A stretch of DNA of 64,000 nt from an uncultured bacterium (lineage in GTDB: Bacteria; Patescibacteriota; Minisyncoccia; Phycocordibacterales; PALSA-1337), in NCBI GenBank assembly GCA_903872035.1, contig CAIQIZ010000028.1, forward strand, positions 24,038-88,037, written 5' to 3'. The notes beneath the pieces were generated by a model. That model saw only the letters and a program-made list of their open reading frames with translations. It was not told the DNA's origin and did no database searches. Shown here one piece after another: positions 8,950-18,359 of this stretch. The position numbers were made by a program, and so were the translations under genes. The stretch's first letter is position 1, and each line of letters opens with the position of its first letter.

Positions 8950-9118
8950 GCTTCAAGCGCGTGAATCTCTAAGCAACATCTCCTCGCATGATGCGGAGAG
9001 CGAGGTAAAGTCCCGAGGATAATTTCAGTAGGTAACGACAAGCGTTACAACCAAAATGTCCTTAGAACTATACCCAAACCTGGGAAGGCCGTTGCTTAGA
9101 GATTCATGAGCTTGACTA
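8950..9118 (-). ncRNA. Candidate 6S-like RNA
   Basis: 25 bp closing stem (8953-8977/9091-9115), central bubble with a 3'-side hairpin, long irregular apical stem; the minus-strand TTGACA-N17-TAGCAT promoter puts the start near the stem base. Confidence 0.5.
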
Positions 9119-9125
9119 GGATTCA

Positions 9126-9154
9126 ATGCTAGCATGATTCATCTAAAATGTCAA
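9126..9154 (-). promoter_or_regulatory. Sigma70-type promoter for the 6S-like RNA, overlapping the ruvB start
   Basis: TTGACA (9154-9149), 17 bp spacer, TGn-TAGCAT (9131-9126). Confidence 0.65.
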
Positions 9155-10158
9155 GAACATCATCAAAACCCCAAACGGATGAGAAAGAGAGCGGTTTTCT
9201 CGACCAAACCCTACGCCCTTCACGTTGGGATGAATATATCGGTCAAAAAAACATCAAAGACAATCTGCATATCCTTCTAACAGCTGCCAAAGAGCGTAAA
9301 CACCCACCAGAACACATCTTATTCTATGGTCCTCCAGGTCTTGGAAAGACGACTTTGGCTTATTTGATAGCTAAGGAGACGGGGGCGCAGATGAAAGTTA
9401 CTTCGGGACCGGCAATCTTGAAAGTTGGCGACCTAGCGTCGGTCTTGACCAATCTATCATCTGGCGACATTTTGTTTATAGATGAAATTCATCGCCTTAA
9501 CAAAGCTATCGAGGAAGTCCTCTACCCTGCTATGGAAACTGGCAAACTCGATATCATCATCGGAAAAGGACCTTCCGCTAGAACAATACAGCTCGACCTG
9601 CCGCCGTTCACTTTGATAGCCGCCACAACCAGAATCGCTATGATTTCAGCACCTCTTCGGTCACGATTCTCCGGTGGCGTTTTCAAGCTCGAATTCTATT
9701 CTGATAATGAGATTGCTGAGATCGTCAAAAGATCAGCCAAGATTCTCGACATAGAAATCCATCCGGACGCAGTCAGAGAAATAGCTGTTCGTTCAAGATT
9801 TACACCCAGAACCGCCAATTATCATCTAAAAAGATGCCGTGATTATGCACAAATAAACAAAAGCCAGCTTTCACAGGAAATAGTCGAGAAAGCTTTGCTT
9901 ATGCTGGGTGTCGATATTATCGGCCTGACCGGTGCCGATCGTGACATATTAAAAGCCATCGTCACTAAATTTGGTGGCGGCCCCGTGGGGTTGAATACGA
10001 TAGCCGCTGCGCTTTCAGAGGAACAGGCAACGATCGAGGAAGTTTATGAACCTTATCTTATCCAGCTTGGCTTGCTTGAGCGCACGCCACGAGGTAGGGT
10101 CGCCACTGATAAAGCTTACGCGCACCTAGGTGAGAAAGGTGCGGCAAAGTTATTATAA
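9148..10158 (+). CDS. ruvB: Holliday junction branch migration helicase RuvB
   Basis: LRP..W.EYIGQ, GPPGLGKTT, LFIDEIHRL, LYPAME, ATTR, EPYLIQLGLLERTPRGR. Confidence 0.97.
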   Translation: MSRTSSKPQTDEKESGFLDQTLRPSRWDEYIGQKNIKDNLHILLTAAKERKHPPEHILFYGPPGLGKTTLAYLIAKETGAQMKVTSGPAILKVGDLASVLTNLSSGDILFIDEIHRLNKAIEEVLYPAMETGKLDIIIGKGPSARTIQLDLPPFTLIAATTRIAMISAPLRSRFSGGVFKLEFYSDNEIAEIVKRSAKILDIEIHPDAVREIAVRSRFTPRTANYHLKRCRDYAQINKSQLSQEIVEKALLMLGVDIIGLTGADRDILKAIVTKFGGGPVGLNTIAAALSEEQATIEEVYEPYLIQLGLLERTPRGRVATDKAYAHLGEKGAAKLL

Positions 10159-10363
10159 TTTTTTCTGGCTAAGTCAGCCGCTTAATGGTTCCCATTGAAA
10201 ATGGTCACCTGAACTAGTATTTGGTTCGATCGCGCAAAAATTGGCCACGTAATGGCGGTGGGGGTAAATAATGTTTTTAGCTTCTATTGGAAAGTGACCG
10301 TTTTTCAGACACTTTTTCAAAGTGACCAAAATGAGTGTGGCGACCCCACTCGTCATTCATGGC

Positions 10364-10660
10364 TTAACTGACCGTGCCAGCTTTAATTAACTGCCGACTA
10401 AACTTTGATTCCAGAAATTCTAAACCTTTCCTGTATTTCCAGTGAAACCTCTTGCCAGACAAGATCTTCTCAACCAGCCCCCTTCCCTCGAACCTCTTTA
10501 AAATCGCGAAGGTTGTGATTCTTGGCACACCGACGTCTACAGCAATCCTCGCCACAGTCCTTCCGATAGGATACTTAACGAGCATGTCAAAAACTTTCTT
10601 CTCATTTTCAGAGAATCCCAATGAATCAACGATCTTTGGATGTATGTCCACTTTTTGCAT
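10364..10660 (-). CDS. Small winged-helix (TrmB-like) DNA-binding protein
   Basis: LGFSENEKKVF..L...TVARIA...GVPRIT.FAILKRFEGRGLV pattern. Confidence 0.65.
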   Translation of the reverse strand: MQKVDIHPKIVDSLGFSENEKKVFDMLVKYPIGRTVARIAVDVGVPRITTFAILKRFEGRGLVEKILSGKRFHWKYRKGLEFLESKFSRQLIKAGTVS

Positions 10661-10720
10661 TTGCTTTTTTCTTTAACTGCGATACATTCATAGTATACTC
10701 ACACTAATAACCACATCAAC

Positions 10721-11251
10721 ATGTCAGGCCACAATAAATTCTCGAAGATCAAACACTTGAAAGCAAAGAATGACGCCCAGAAGAGCGCTCACTTCGGCAA
10801 GCTTGTACGTCTCATAACCGTAGAAGCCAAGAAAGCTGGCGGTAATCTCAAGTCACCAGGATTATCGGCCGCCATAGACAAGGCCCGCAAAGAGAACATG
10901 CCGAACGATACCATCGACCGTGCAGTCAAAAAGGCCATGACAGACAATTCAGCTTCGATGGAAACGATAGTCTATGAATCATATGGGCCAGGAGGCGTCG
11001 CCATCCTAGTTGAAGCTTTGACTGACAACCGCAACAAAGCTGCGCAGGAGATCAAGCATATACTTTCATTGAGCGGTTACGAACTCGCCTCCCCAGGCAG
11101 CGCTTCCTGGGCTTTCAAAAAGACTCATGAGGGTTGGGATGCGACCAGTACAACACCCTTAGAAGACGCTGACATCGAATTGCTTACCAAACTTGTAGAG
11201 GAACTCGAAGCCAACGAGGAAGTTCAGAACGTGTACACGAATGCCGAGTAA
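10721..11251 (+). CDS. yebC: YebC/PmpR family protein, shortened
   Basis: MSGHNKFSKIKH, YESYGPGGVA, LTDNRNK, C-terminal EVQNVYTN; 176 aa. Confidence 0.92.
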   Translation: MSGHNKFSKIKHLKAKNDAQKSAHFGKLVRLITVEAKKAGGNLKSPGLSAAIDKARKENMPNDTIDRAVKKAMTDNSASMETIVYESYGPGGVAILVEALTDNRNKAAQEIKHILSLSGYELASPGSASWAFKKTHEGWDATSTTPLEDADIELLTKLVEELEANEEVQNVYTNAE

Positions 11252-11753
11252 TAGCTCAGTACGAATCCTGGGCATCGACCCTGGCTATGATCGCCTAGGC
11301 ATAGCGGTCATTGAAAAAAGCACCTCAACCAAAGAGGTTGTGCTTTATTCAAGTTGCCTACAGACTTCCGCTAAAGAAGACATCTATTCTCGCTTTAAGA
11401 AAGTTGGCGAGACAGTCGCTAAAGTATTCGATGAATACTCGCCTGATGTACTGGCGATCGAGAATCTATTCATAACAAAGAATCAAAAAACGGGTATGCG
11501 TGTTTCTGAGGTACGAGGCATCATCATATATGAAGCCGTCAAACGAAATATTCAAGTTCAAGAATATAGTCCCGTACAGATAAAGTCTTCCGTGACTGGA
11601 GACGGCACTAGCGACAAAGGACGTATGATCAAGATGGTTGGCCTGCTCGTCAAATTGCCAAAAAAGAAAATGATTGATGACGAATATGACGCTATAGCTG
11701 TAGCCCTCACCTGCTCAGCACGACTATCCACAGTTTTGAGTATTTGCAAATAA
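11241..11753 (+). CDS. ruvC: Holliday junction resolvase RuvC
   Basis: ILGIDPG, AIENLF, EVRGII, DDEYDAIAVA catalytic acidic residues; follows yebC. Confidence 0.95.
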   Translation: MPSNSSVRILGIDPGYDRLGIAVIEKSTSTKEVVLYSSCLQTSAKEDIYSRFKKVGETVAKVFDEYSPDVLAIENLFITKNQKTGMRVSEVRGIIIYEAVKRNIQVQEYSPVQIKSSVTGDGTSDKGRMIKMVGLLVKLPKKKMIDDEYDAIAVALTCSARLSTVLSICK

Positions 11754-11834
11754 TATAAAGTTTGTTACAAATGAGCTGTTACAAATCGTTCAGTGTATTT
11801 TAAATACACTTTATTAGCGTAATACTCAAGGAAT

Positions 11835-12116
11835 ATGCCCGTAAAAAGTCTTCAATCAAAAAAAGCTAAAGCTAAGCACGCCGTAGCTCGTTCAACGAAT
11901 ACACCAGAACAAATCGATCCCGAGGAAACCTTGGTCGCCATACCACTGAAATCAAAGATTCCGTTAGAGATAGAGGAAACCGATGTAGTAGTAGGCTTAG
12001 ACGAAAAACCGGAAGAAGAGGCTCCCGTCGTAGAAGAAGAGAGCGAAGAGCTCGGCCTCGATGATGCCGGAATGGAAGAGGAGATCGATCCGTTTAACGA
12101 CAAGTGGGAGGCGTAG
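11835..12116 (+). CDS. Small protein with basic N-terminus and highly acidic C-terminus
   Basis: 93 aa ORF with AAGGA upstream; ends EEEIDPFNDKWEA. Confidence 0.6.
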   Translation: MPVKSLQSKKAKAKHAVARSTNTPEQIDPEETLVAIPLKSKIPLEIEETDVVVGLDEKPEEEAPVVEEESEELGLDDAGMEEEIDPFNDKWEA

Positions 12117-12139
12117 AACCTTGGTGCTATACTGTTCCT

Positions 12140-14704
12140 ATGCCGCATCCCCGCAAATCCAAGCTCCGTCACGTCAAAGCCATAATTTTACTCACCTTGT
12201 CCGCGGTGTTGGTCGCCGTAGGATTGACTTCCCTATGGGTCGCTACCCTACAAATGCCCGACCTGAATTCTTTTCAGAATAGGAAAATAGTAGAGTCTAC
12301 AAAGATCTATGACCGAACCGGTACGATATTGCTCTACGATACTGGTGCAAATGCTAAACTGACTGTCGTACCACTTTCCGAGATATCGCCGTACATTCAG
12401 AAAGCGACAGTGACCATCGAAGACTCAAACTTCTATTCCAACATCGGAATAGAGCCAATCTCCATAATGCGAGCCGTCCTAGCCGACCTGACAGCCGGTG
12501 GTTATAGCCAAGGAGCATCGACCATTACTCAACAAGTGGTAAAAAACTCATTACTGACGACTGATAAAACTGTGACCAGAAAGATCAAGGAGTGGGTTTT
12601 GGCCATCAAGTTGGCTCGCTTCATGAGCAAAGACCAGATCTTGGATACTTACTTAAACGAAACGCCCTATGGCGGCACCCTTTACGGTGTTGAGGAGGCT
12701 AGCCAGCAATTCTTTGGGAAATCGGCTAGTGATATCGACTTAGCCCAATCCGCCTATCTGGCCGCCATTCCACAAGCCCCGACATATTACTCTCCATACG
12801 GGACACACAAAGATGCGCTGACTGGTCGCCAACGCCTAGTCCTTTCCCGAATGAAGACGTTAGGGCTCATATCTGCTGATGAATACAAGGCCGCCTTGGC
12901 GGAAAAAGTCGACTTTCTTTCAAAGAACGCTGATGGGATTCGTGCGCCTCATTTCGTCATGTACGTCAGAGACTACCTCTTACAGAAGTATGGTGAAGAT
13001 GCGGTTGATAATGGCGGCCTCAAAGTCTTAACTACCCTTGATTATGGAATGCAACAAAAGGCTGAGGCGGTTATACAAAAATTCAGTCCAAGTTTGTCAG
13101 AGAATTTCAACGCCAGCAATACAGCAATGGTAGCTATAGACCCGAAAACCGGAGACATCCTGACCATGGTCGGTTCCAAGGATTATTTCGACAAGAAGAT
13201 AGATGGTAACTTCAACGTGGCTCTGGCAAGACGCCAACCTGGCTCAACTTTCAAACCATTCGTCTACTCAACTCTATTCAAAAAAGGATACACCCCAGAG
13301 ACCATCCTCTTCGACACCCAAACAGAATTCTCACAGTACTGCACACCTGATGGAAAGCCAAAGGACCCGAACATAACAAACACCAATTCTCTTGATCTGA
13401 GCCGATCCTGTTATATGCCGCAGGAATACGACAATGTCTTCGAGGGTCCGCTCACTGTTCGCCAAGCCCTAGCACAATCACGCAACGTTCCGGCGGTAAA
13501 AGCTCTGTACCTGGCCGGTGTCCCCGCTTCCATCCAAACAGCTGAAAGTCTAGGTGTGACCACGCTAACCGATCCGAACAGGTACGGTCTTACATTAGTC
13601 TTGGGCGGTGGCGAAGTCACATTACTGGACATGACCAGCGCTTATGGAGTGTTCGCTAATGACGGACTGCGCAATCCTTATCGTTCAATCTTGGAAGTCG
13701 ACGACAACAAAGGAAACGTCCTAGAGAAGGCGCTAGCATCGACAACCCCAACACAAGCTTTGCAACCGGAGATCGCCAGACAAATTTCGAGCATCCTTTC
13801 AGACACGTCCGTAAGAATGGAAAGTTTAAAACCGATCGGCGAGTCAGTCGGACGTCCGGTCGCCATCAAGACTGGTACCACCAACGACTACCGCGATGTC
13901 TGGACCATTGGTTACACACCAGACCTCGTGGTCGGAGCCTGGGCAGGCAACAATGACAATGTGCCCATGAAACACAATGTGGCTGGACTCATCATCACAC
14001 CGCTTTGGGGAGCTTTCATGTCGCAGGTGGCCAAGAACTATCCTACAGAAAACTTCAACCCTCCCCCACCACCCCTTACGAATGATAAACCGGTCTTGCG
14101 AGGAATCTGGCAGGGTGGCCAATCATATTTCGTAGATAGCGTATCGGGAAAAATAGCTACCGGTGACACTCCTGAACAAACAAAAAAGGAGGTGATCTTC
14201 AACAGTGTGCACACGATTTTGCAGTGGGTCAGCAAGGATGATCCGCGCGGACCGATTCCAACAAATCCTGCAGCCGATTCTCAATATCAATATTGGGAAT
14301 ACGGTGTACGCAAATGGTTCCAAACGTACGAGACTAGTCATCCCGACTTCAGAGAAACTTCTACGAGCAGTGCACCGACTACCACTGCTACCGATGATGT
14401 TCACACTGTAGACAAGGCGCCAAAGATAATCATAGTTTCACCAGTCGCGGGTACAACCGTTGATCCACAGCAACTTCTAAACGTCCAATTAGCTATCCAA
14501 AGTAGTTATCCGGCACAAAAAACCGAAGTTTATCTCAATGGTAAATACGTGCTGACGGCTACAGTTAACCCCCTAACCTTCTCCTTTACCCCCGCCGACG
14601 TAGGCGCTCTCTCCCCATCCGGAACAAACACCTTATCGGTGACTGTTTACGATCAGGTGTACAATCAAGGAAAGGCATCCGTTGATTTCAATGCTGCGCC
14701 ATAA
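12140..14704 (+). CDS. Class A penicillin-binding protein (transglycosylase/transpeptidase) with C-terminal Ig-like domain
   Basis: EDSNFY, GASTITQQVVKN and RKIKE GT motifs; STFK, SRN and KTGT TP motifs; start moved to ATG 12140 behind TGC-TATACT. Confidence 0.93.
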   Translation: MPHPRKSKLRHVKAIILLTLSAVLVAVGLTSLWVATLQMPDLNSFQNRKIVESTKIYDRTGTILLYDTGANAKLTVVPLSEISPYIQKATVTIEDSNFYSNIGIEPISIMRAVLADLTAGGYSQGASTITQQVVKNSLLTTDKTVTRKIKEWVLAIKLARFMSKDQILDTYLNETPYGGTLYGVEEASQQFFGKSASDIDLAQSAYLAAIPQAPTYYSPYGTHKDALTGRQRLVLSRMKTLGLISADEYKAALAEKVDFLSKNADGIRAPHFVMYVRDYLLQKYGEDAVDNGGLKVLTTLDYGMQQKAEAVIQKFSPSLSENFNASNTAMVAIDPKTGDILTMVGSKDYFDKKIDGNFNVALARRQPGSTFKPFVYSTLFKKGYTPETILFDTQTEFSQYCTPDGKPKDPNITNTNSLDLSRSCYMPQEYDNVFEGPLTVRQALAQSRNVPAVKALYLAGVPASIQTAESLGVTTLTDPNRYGLTLVLGGGEVTLLDMTSAYGVFANDGLRNPYRSILEVDDNKGNVLEKALASTTPTQALQPEIARQISSILSDTSVRMESLKPIGESVGRPVAIKTGTTNDYRDVWTIGYTPDLVVGAWAGNNDNVPMKHNVAGLIITPLWGAFMSQVAKNYPTENFNPPPPPLTNDKPVLRGIWQGGQSYFVDSVSGKIATGDTPEQTKKEVIFNSVHTILQWVSKDDPRGPIPTNPAADSQYQYWEYGVRKWFQTYETSHPDFRETSTSSAPTTTATDDVHTVDKAPKIIIVSPVAGTTVDPQQLLNVQLAIQSSYPAQKTEVYLNGKYVLTATVNPLTFSFTPADVGALSPSGTNTLSVTVYDQVYNQGKASVDFNAAP

Positions 14705-14720
14705 ACGTTGGCCCGTAGCT

Positions 14721-14981
14721 CTACCTTATATCATTAAGAACTTTGATGTTCTGCTTCTCAGCGATCTCTTTGAGGATTGATCGCTTTTTTATATAAACGA
14801 CTGATTTCAAAGACTGGCTAACATTACTTAGAATAATTGCGTCTGATTTGAATGAAATAGAGTGGATAGGAACATCCCCCCCCGTTTGGTGCAGAACTGC
14901 TTGTCTTATAGCGTCACGAAGAAGGACCTCCTTGGCAAAAGTGCCCTGTATTTTCTTGAAGAACTCTCCTATTCCAAACAT
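14721..14981 (-). CDS. DciA/DUF721-like small protein (putative helicase-operating factor)
   Basis: Directly downstream of dnaN; SISFKSDAIILSNVSQSLKSVVYIKKRSILKEI resembles the DUF721 core. Confidence 0.45.
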   Translation of the reverse strand: MFGIGEFFKKIQGTFAKEVLLRDAIRQAVLHQTGGDVPIHSISFKSDAIILSNVSQSLKSVVYIKKRSILKEIAEKQNIKVLNDIR

Positions 14982-15010
14982 ATTGTCGATTTATAGCTAT
15001 TGATTTATCA

Positions 15011-16117
15011 CTATCGATTCATCGGCATGGCCAAGTACATGAAGGTTTGATCACCAGAAACCGGACGGACCACCATGGGACGATTCATACCGCTCAACTG
15101 AAGAGAGACGCTATCAGCGTCGATTGATTGAAAACAGTCAGAAATATATTTGTAATTGAAATTAATCTCTACCTTATCGCCAGTCAAAGCTGCGTCCACA
15201 TTTGTGACGTTCTCACCAACATCACTATTCTTTGTTTGTATCTGAAAGAGCTTTCCTTTTGGATCAACTGTCAGATGTACCTGATTGAATTTATCAGAGA
15301 AAATGTTAGAAATTTTGAGCGCGTTCATCAAATCTTGTTTCAAAACTACCACCTCTGTCGCATATCCTTTGGGAATGATCTGTCTATAGTCTGGGAAAAC
15401 ACCGTCGATAACCCTTGAGACTAGGTAAATGTCATCAGCTTTAAAAGAAATCAGGTTCTTGTTCATAGAGACCACAACCGTCTCCCCCATCGTCTCTAGG
15501 ACCCTGATTATATCGGGAATGTTTTTAAATGGGATAAGTAGATCGCCAATCTTCGCCGTTGTGGGGATCTTAATTTTTTTCTCGGCCAAACGGAAAGAGT
15601 CTGTAGCAGCAAAGACCATATAATCGCCGTCACGATAGATATACACGCTGGACAGCTCCGGCTTAACACTTGATACGGAAGAGCTGTACCAGACCGATTT
15701 TAAGCCTTTAATGAATAGGTTTGTTGGAAAGGAGACTTCTTCTCCATCGATAATTTTGGGTATGGTCGGAAAATCATCTGCGGATGTTGTTTTTATGACT
15801 CCTTGAGACTTACCAGCTGATATTGTGAGATTTCCAGAAGTGGTCTCTATTTTTACGACCTGGTTCTGGTCATATACTTGAGAAACGAAGGAAGAGATGA
15901 TGTTTCCCGGCACAGCCACGACGCCATCACCAGAAGATTTGACTGGCACCGAAACTTCTATTCCAACATCTAGATTTGTAGATTTGAAAACAGCCATATT
16001 CTTTTTGACTTCTATCAAGACACAAGAAAGTACTGGAAGTGTCATGTGTTTATTTGCGACACGTTCCACCATTAGGATAATATCTTTAATTTTTTGGAAA
16101 CTGATCTCAAACTTCAT
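15011..16117 (-). CDS. dnaN: DNA polymerase III beta sliding clamp
   Basis: STNLDVGI, ATDSFRLA, SRVIDGVFPDY, C-terminal LAMPM; downstream of dnaA. Confidence 0.97.
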   Translation of the reverse strand: MKFEISFQKIKDIILMVERVANKHMTLPVLSCVLIEVKKNMAVFKSTNLDVGIEVSVPVKSSGDGVVAVPGNIISSFVSQVYDQNQVVKIETTSGNLTISAGKSQGVIKTTSADDFPTIPKIIDGEEVSFPTNLFIKGLKSVWYSSSVSSVKPELSSVYIYRDGDYMVFAATDSFRLAEKKIKIPTTAKIGDLLIPFKNIPDIIRVLETMGETVVVSMNKNLISFKADDIYLVSRVIDGVFPDYRQIIPKGYATEVVVLKQDLMNALKISNIFSDKFNQVHLTVDPKGKLFQIQTKNSDVGENVTNVDAALTGDKVEINFNYKYISDCFQSIDADSVSLQLSGMNRPMVVRPVSGDQTFMYLAMPMNR

Positions 16118-16339
16118 GGTAGTAAGTATTTAGTATCTTATTAGATAAGTTTATTATTACTATTAGGACAGTGGATATGTGAATAACTTTTTTAATGGCT
16201 CTCAGGTTTAGTATTTTGTTTGGTCATTTCTTTTTGGTTGTTAATAAGTTTCACTATAACTTACCTTAGTTTTCTATCTCATCATTTCAACCTCAAGATA
16301 TCCACAACCTCTCAACAGCTTTCTCACATGGGGGGGTGT
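16118..16339. other. Replication origin oriC (dnaA-dnaN intergenic region)
   Basis: AT-rich; on the minus strand, tandem DnaA-box-like TTATTCACA/ATATCCACT (16186-16170), a short GC tract, then CTA-ATA-GTA-ATA-ATA trios; more near-consensus boxes at ~16238 and ~16298. Confidence 0.8.
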
Positions 16340-17689
16340 TTATAACATGGAACGTAATTGATTTATCTCCTGAGACAACAGGATATTTGTCTTAACTTCC
16401 TCCTTCATCTTTTCATATGAGTGAATAACTGTGGTGTGGTCGCGTCCGCCTAGCTTCTCACCGATCGAGGGGAAAGATATGCTGAAATCTTCACGAAGTA
16501 TATACATAACGACTTGGCGCGGGCGGACAACTTCTTTGCGACGCGTCTTGTTATAGATACTTTCCTCGTCAATGTTATAGAAGTCAGATACAACCTTGAC
16601 GATATCCTTGATAGATATGGTTTTCTTGGGCTTAGCGCTGTTCTTTAGGACATTTTTGATCTCATTCAAGTTCAGTTCCCTGTTACGGAGTTGGGTCTGG
16701 CAGGCGATTACATTTACAATACCTTCTATTTCTCGAATATTGTCTTCGATCGCTGAAGCAACACATTCCACTATTTCATTTGAGAGAGTGATGTTGTGTA
16801 CGGCACATTTGGTGCGCACAATAGCCATTCTCGATTCATTATCCGGTTCTGGAATATCGACGATCATTCCCACACTGAAACGTCCTCGGAGACGATCTTC
16901 AATTCCTGGAATGACGTTAGGATGTCGGTCTGATGAGAAAACAAGCTGTCTTCCTGTGTCATGGAAAGTATTGAAGAAATGGAACAATTCCTCCTGGAAC
17001 TTCTCTTTGTTTGAGAAGAACTGCACATCATCCATGATCATCACATCGTATTTGCGATAACGATCTTTGAATTGTTGAACCTTACCTTCATTGATAGCGA
17101 CGAAAAATTCTGATCCGAATCGCTCAGAAGTCAGGTAATAGACCTTTTTTTCTGGATGCAGGATCTTTATTTGGTTTCCAACTGCTTGGATCAGGTGAGT
17201 TTTGCCTCGGCCAGTGCTCCCATAGACGAAGAGGGGGTTATAGATGTGCCCGGGGTTCTTTATAACTGTTTGTGAAGCTGCATGAGCGACCTCATTGAAG
17301 GGTCCAATGACGAAATTCTCGAATGTGTAGCGTGGATTGAGGTTATCTTCCTTGTTTATGTAGAAATCTTGTAGCGGTATCGACATGGTTGGCGCCATGA
17401 TACCCCCCTTTCTCTTCGCATCTTTGTTTTTATTGTCGTTTTCCTTGGTAATGACATATTCCAAGGCTCGAACCTGGTCGTTCATCTGCCTCAAGATACG
17501 CAAAATAGTATTATGGAACTTCTTATAGAGCCATTCTTGGGTAAATGAGTTCGGGACACCGAGATATACAACCCCTTCTTCCTCTCGGATGATCCCAGTC
17601 TCCTTGAACCAAGTCGAAAAATTGGCTTGCGATACAGTCGACTCGATCTCGATCAGTGCCGTCTGCCACATTTTTGAAAAGTCTTGCAT
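16340..17689 (-). CDS. dnaA: Chromosomal replication initiator DnaA
   Basis: LNPRYTFENFV, YNPLFVYGSTGRGKTHL, DDVQF, QEELFH, GGRDHTTVIH; true start taken as MQDFSKMW (17689). Confidence 0.97.
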   Translation of the reverse strand: MQDFSKMWQTALIEIESTVSQANFSTWFKETGIIREEEGVVYLGVPNSFTQEWLYKKFHNTILRILRQMNDQVRALEYVITKENDNKNKDAKRKGGIMAPTMSIPLQDFYINKEDNLNPRYTFENFVIGPFNEVAHAASQTVIKNPGHIYNPLFVYGSTGRGKTHLIQAVGNQIKILHPEKKVYYLTSERFGSEFFVAINEGKVQQFKDRYRKYDVMIMDDVQFFSNKEKFQEELFHFFNTFHDTGRQLVFSSDRHPNVIPGIEDRLRGRFSVGMIVDIPEPDNESRMAIVRTKCAVHNITLSNEIVECVASAIEDNIREIEGIVNVIACQTQLRNRELNLNEIKNVLKNSAKPKKTISIKDIVKVVSDFYNIDEESIYNKTRRKEVVRPRQVVMYILREDFSISFPSIGEKLGGRDHTTVIHSYEKMKEEVKTNILLSQEINQLRSML

Positions 17690-17826
17690 AGGTGGTTTGG
17701 TTGAACGTAGTATATACCTGTTTATAGAATTGCAAACTTGTGGATGAACAAAAAATATGTTGATAAGGTGGGGACAATTGAAAGTTGACAGATTTTGACC
17801 GTTCACAAAGAAAAACTTTTTAACTT

Positions 17827-17855
17827 TTGACTTTATTGAGTTTATAAACTATAGT
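17827..17855 (+). promoter_or_regulatory. Sigma70 promoter of rpmH, leaderless geometry
   Basis: TTGACT-N17-TATAGT, then 6 nt to ATG 17862. Confidence 0.7.
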
Positions 17856-17861
17856 GTCCGC

Positions 17862-17996
17862 ATGTCATTCACATACAATCCCAAGAAGCGGAAGCGTGCC
17901 AAGTCCCATGGCTATAGAGTACGCATGAAGACGACGTCTGGGCGCAAGGTTTTGGCCCGTCGTCGTGCCAAAGGACGCCACCGTGTGGCCGTTTAG
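17862..17996 (+). CDS. rpmH: 50S ribosomal protein L34 (below the ORF-track length cutoff)
   Basis: Translates [44 protein letters not shown]; divergent from dnaA, upstream of rnpA. Confidence 0.97.
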   Translation: MSFTYNPKKRKRAKSHGYRVRMKTTSGRKVLARRRAKGRHRVAV

Positions 17997-18008
17997 AGAT
18001 CAATTTGC

Positions 18009-18350
18009 ATGCTCCCTCGTTCACAGAGGCTCTCTGTCGCAGACTTCAATCAGGTGATGGAAAAAGGGAGGGTTACTCACTCCCCTCTTTTCTTGTTACG
18101 CTCCCTAAAGATCGATTCGCTTGGCCAAACCAGGATCGCTGCCGTCGCTCCGCAAAAGATCTTCAAGAAAGCTGTACAGCGTAATAAGTTGCGTAGGCAG
18201 ATGTATGAAGCGGCTCGGCCCCTGTATGCAGATGTGAAACCGCAATTGCGTGTAGTCATCTTTGCCAAAGCGGTAGCTATGACCACAGATCACGTAACTC
18301 TCAAAAAAGAAATCAAGGAAATCTTTGTCAAAGCCGGTCTTTTGAAGTAG
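18009..18350 (+). CDS. rnpA: Ribonuclease P protein component
   Basis: MLPRSQRL, KKAVQRNKLRRQ (RNR-like motif); synteny with rpmH and yidC. Confidence 0.93.
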   Translation: MLPRSQRLSVADFNQVMEKGRVTHSPLFLLRSLKIDSLGQTRIAAVAPQKIFKKAVQRNKLRRQMYEAARPLYADVKPQLRVVIFAKAVAMTTDHVTLKKEIKEIFVKAGLLK

Positions 18351-18359
18351 TATGTATAA

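Noticed and set aside
8995-9020. GAGGTAAAGTCCC resembling the RNase P RNA motif GAGGAAAGUCC
   Set aside because: No complementary P4 3' strand or other conserved regions; the structure is too short and its best promoter is on the opposite strand.
17690-17806. 39 aa N-terminal extension of DnaA in the ORF track
   Set aside because: It runs through the AT-rich DnaA-box/promoter region; the DnaA-like sequence starts at MQDFSKMW.
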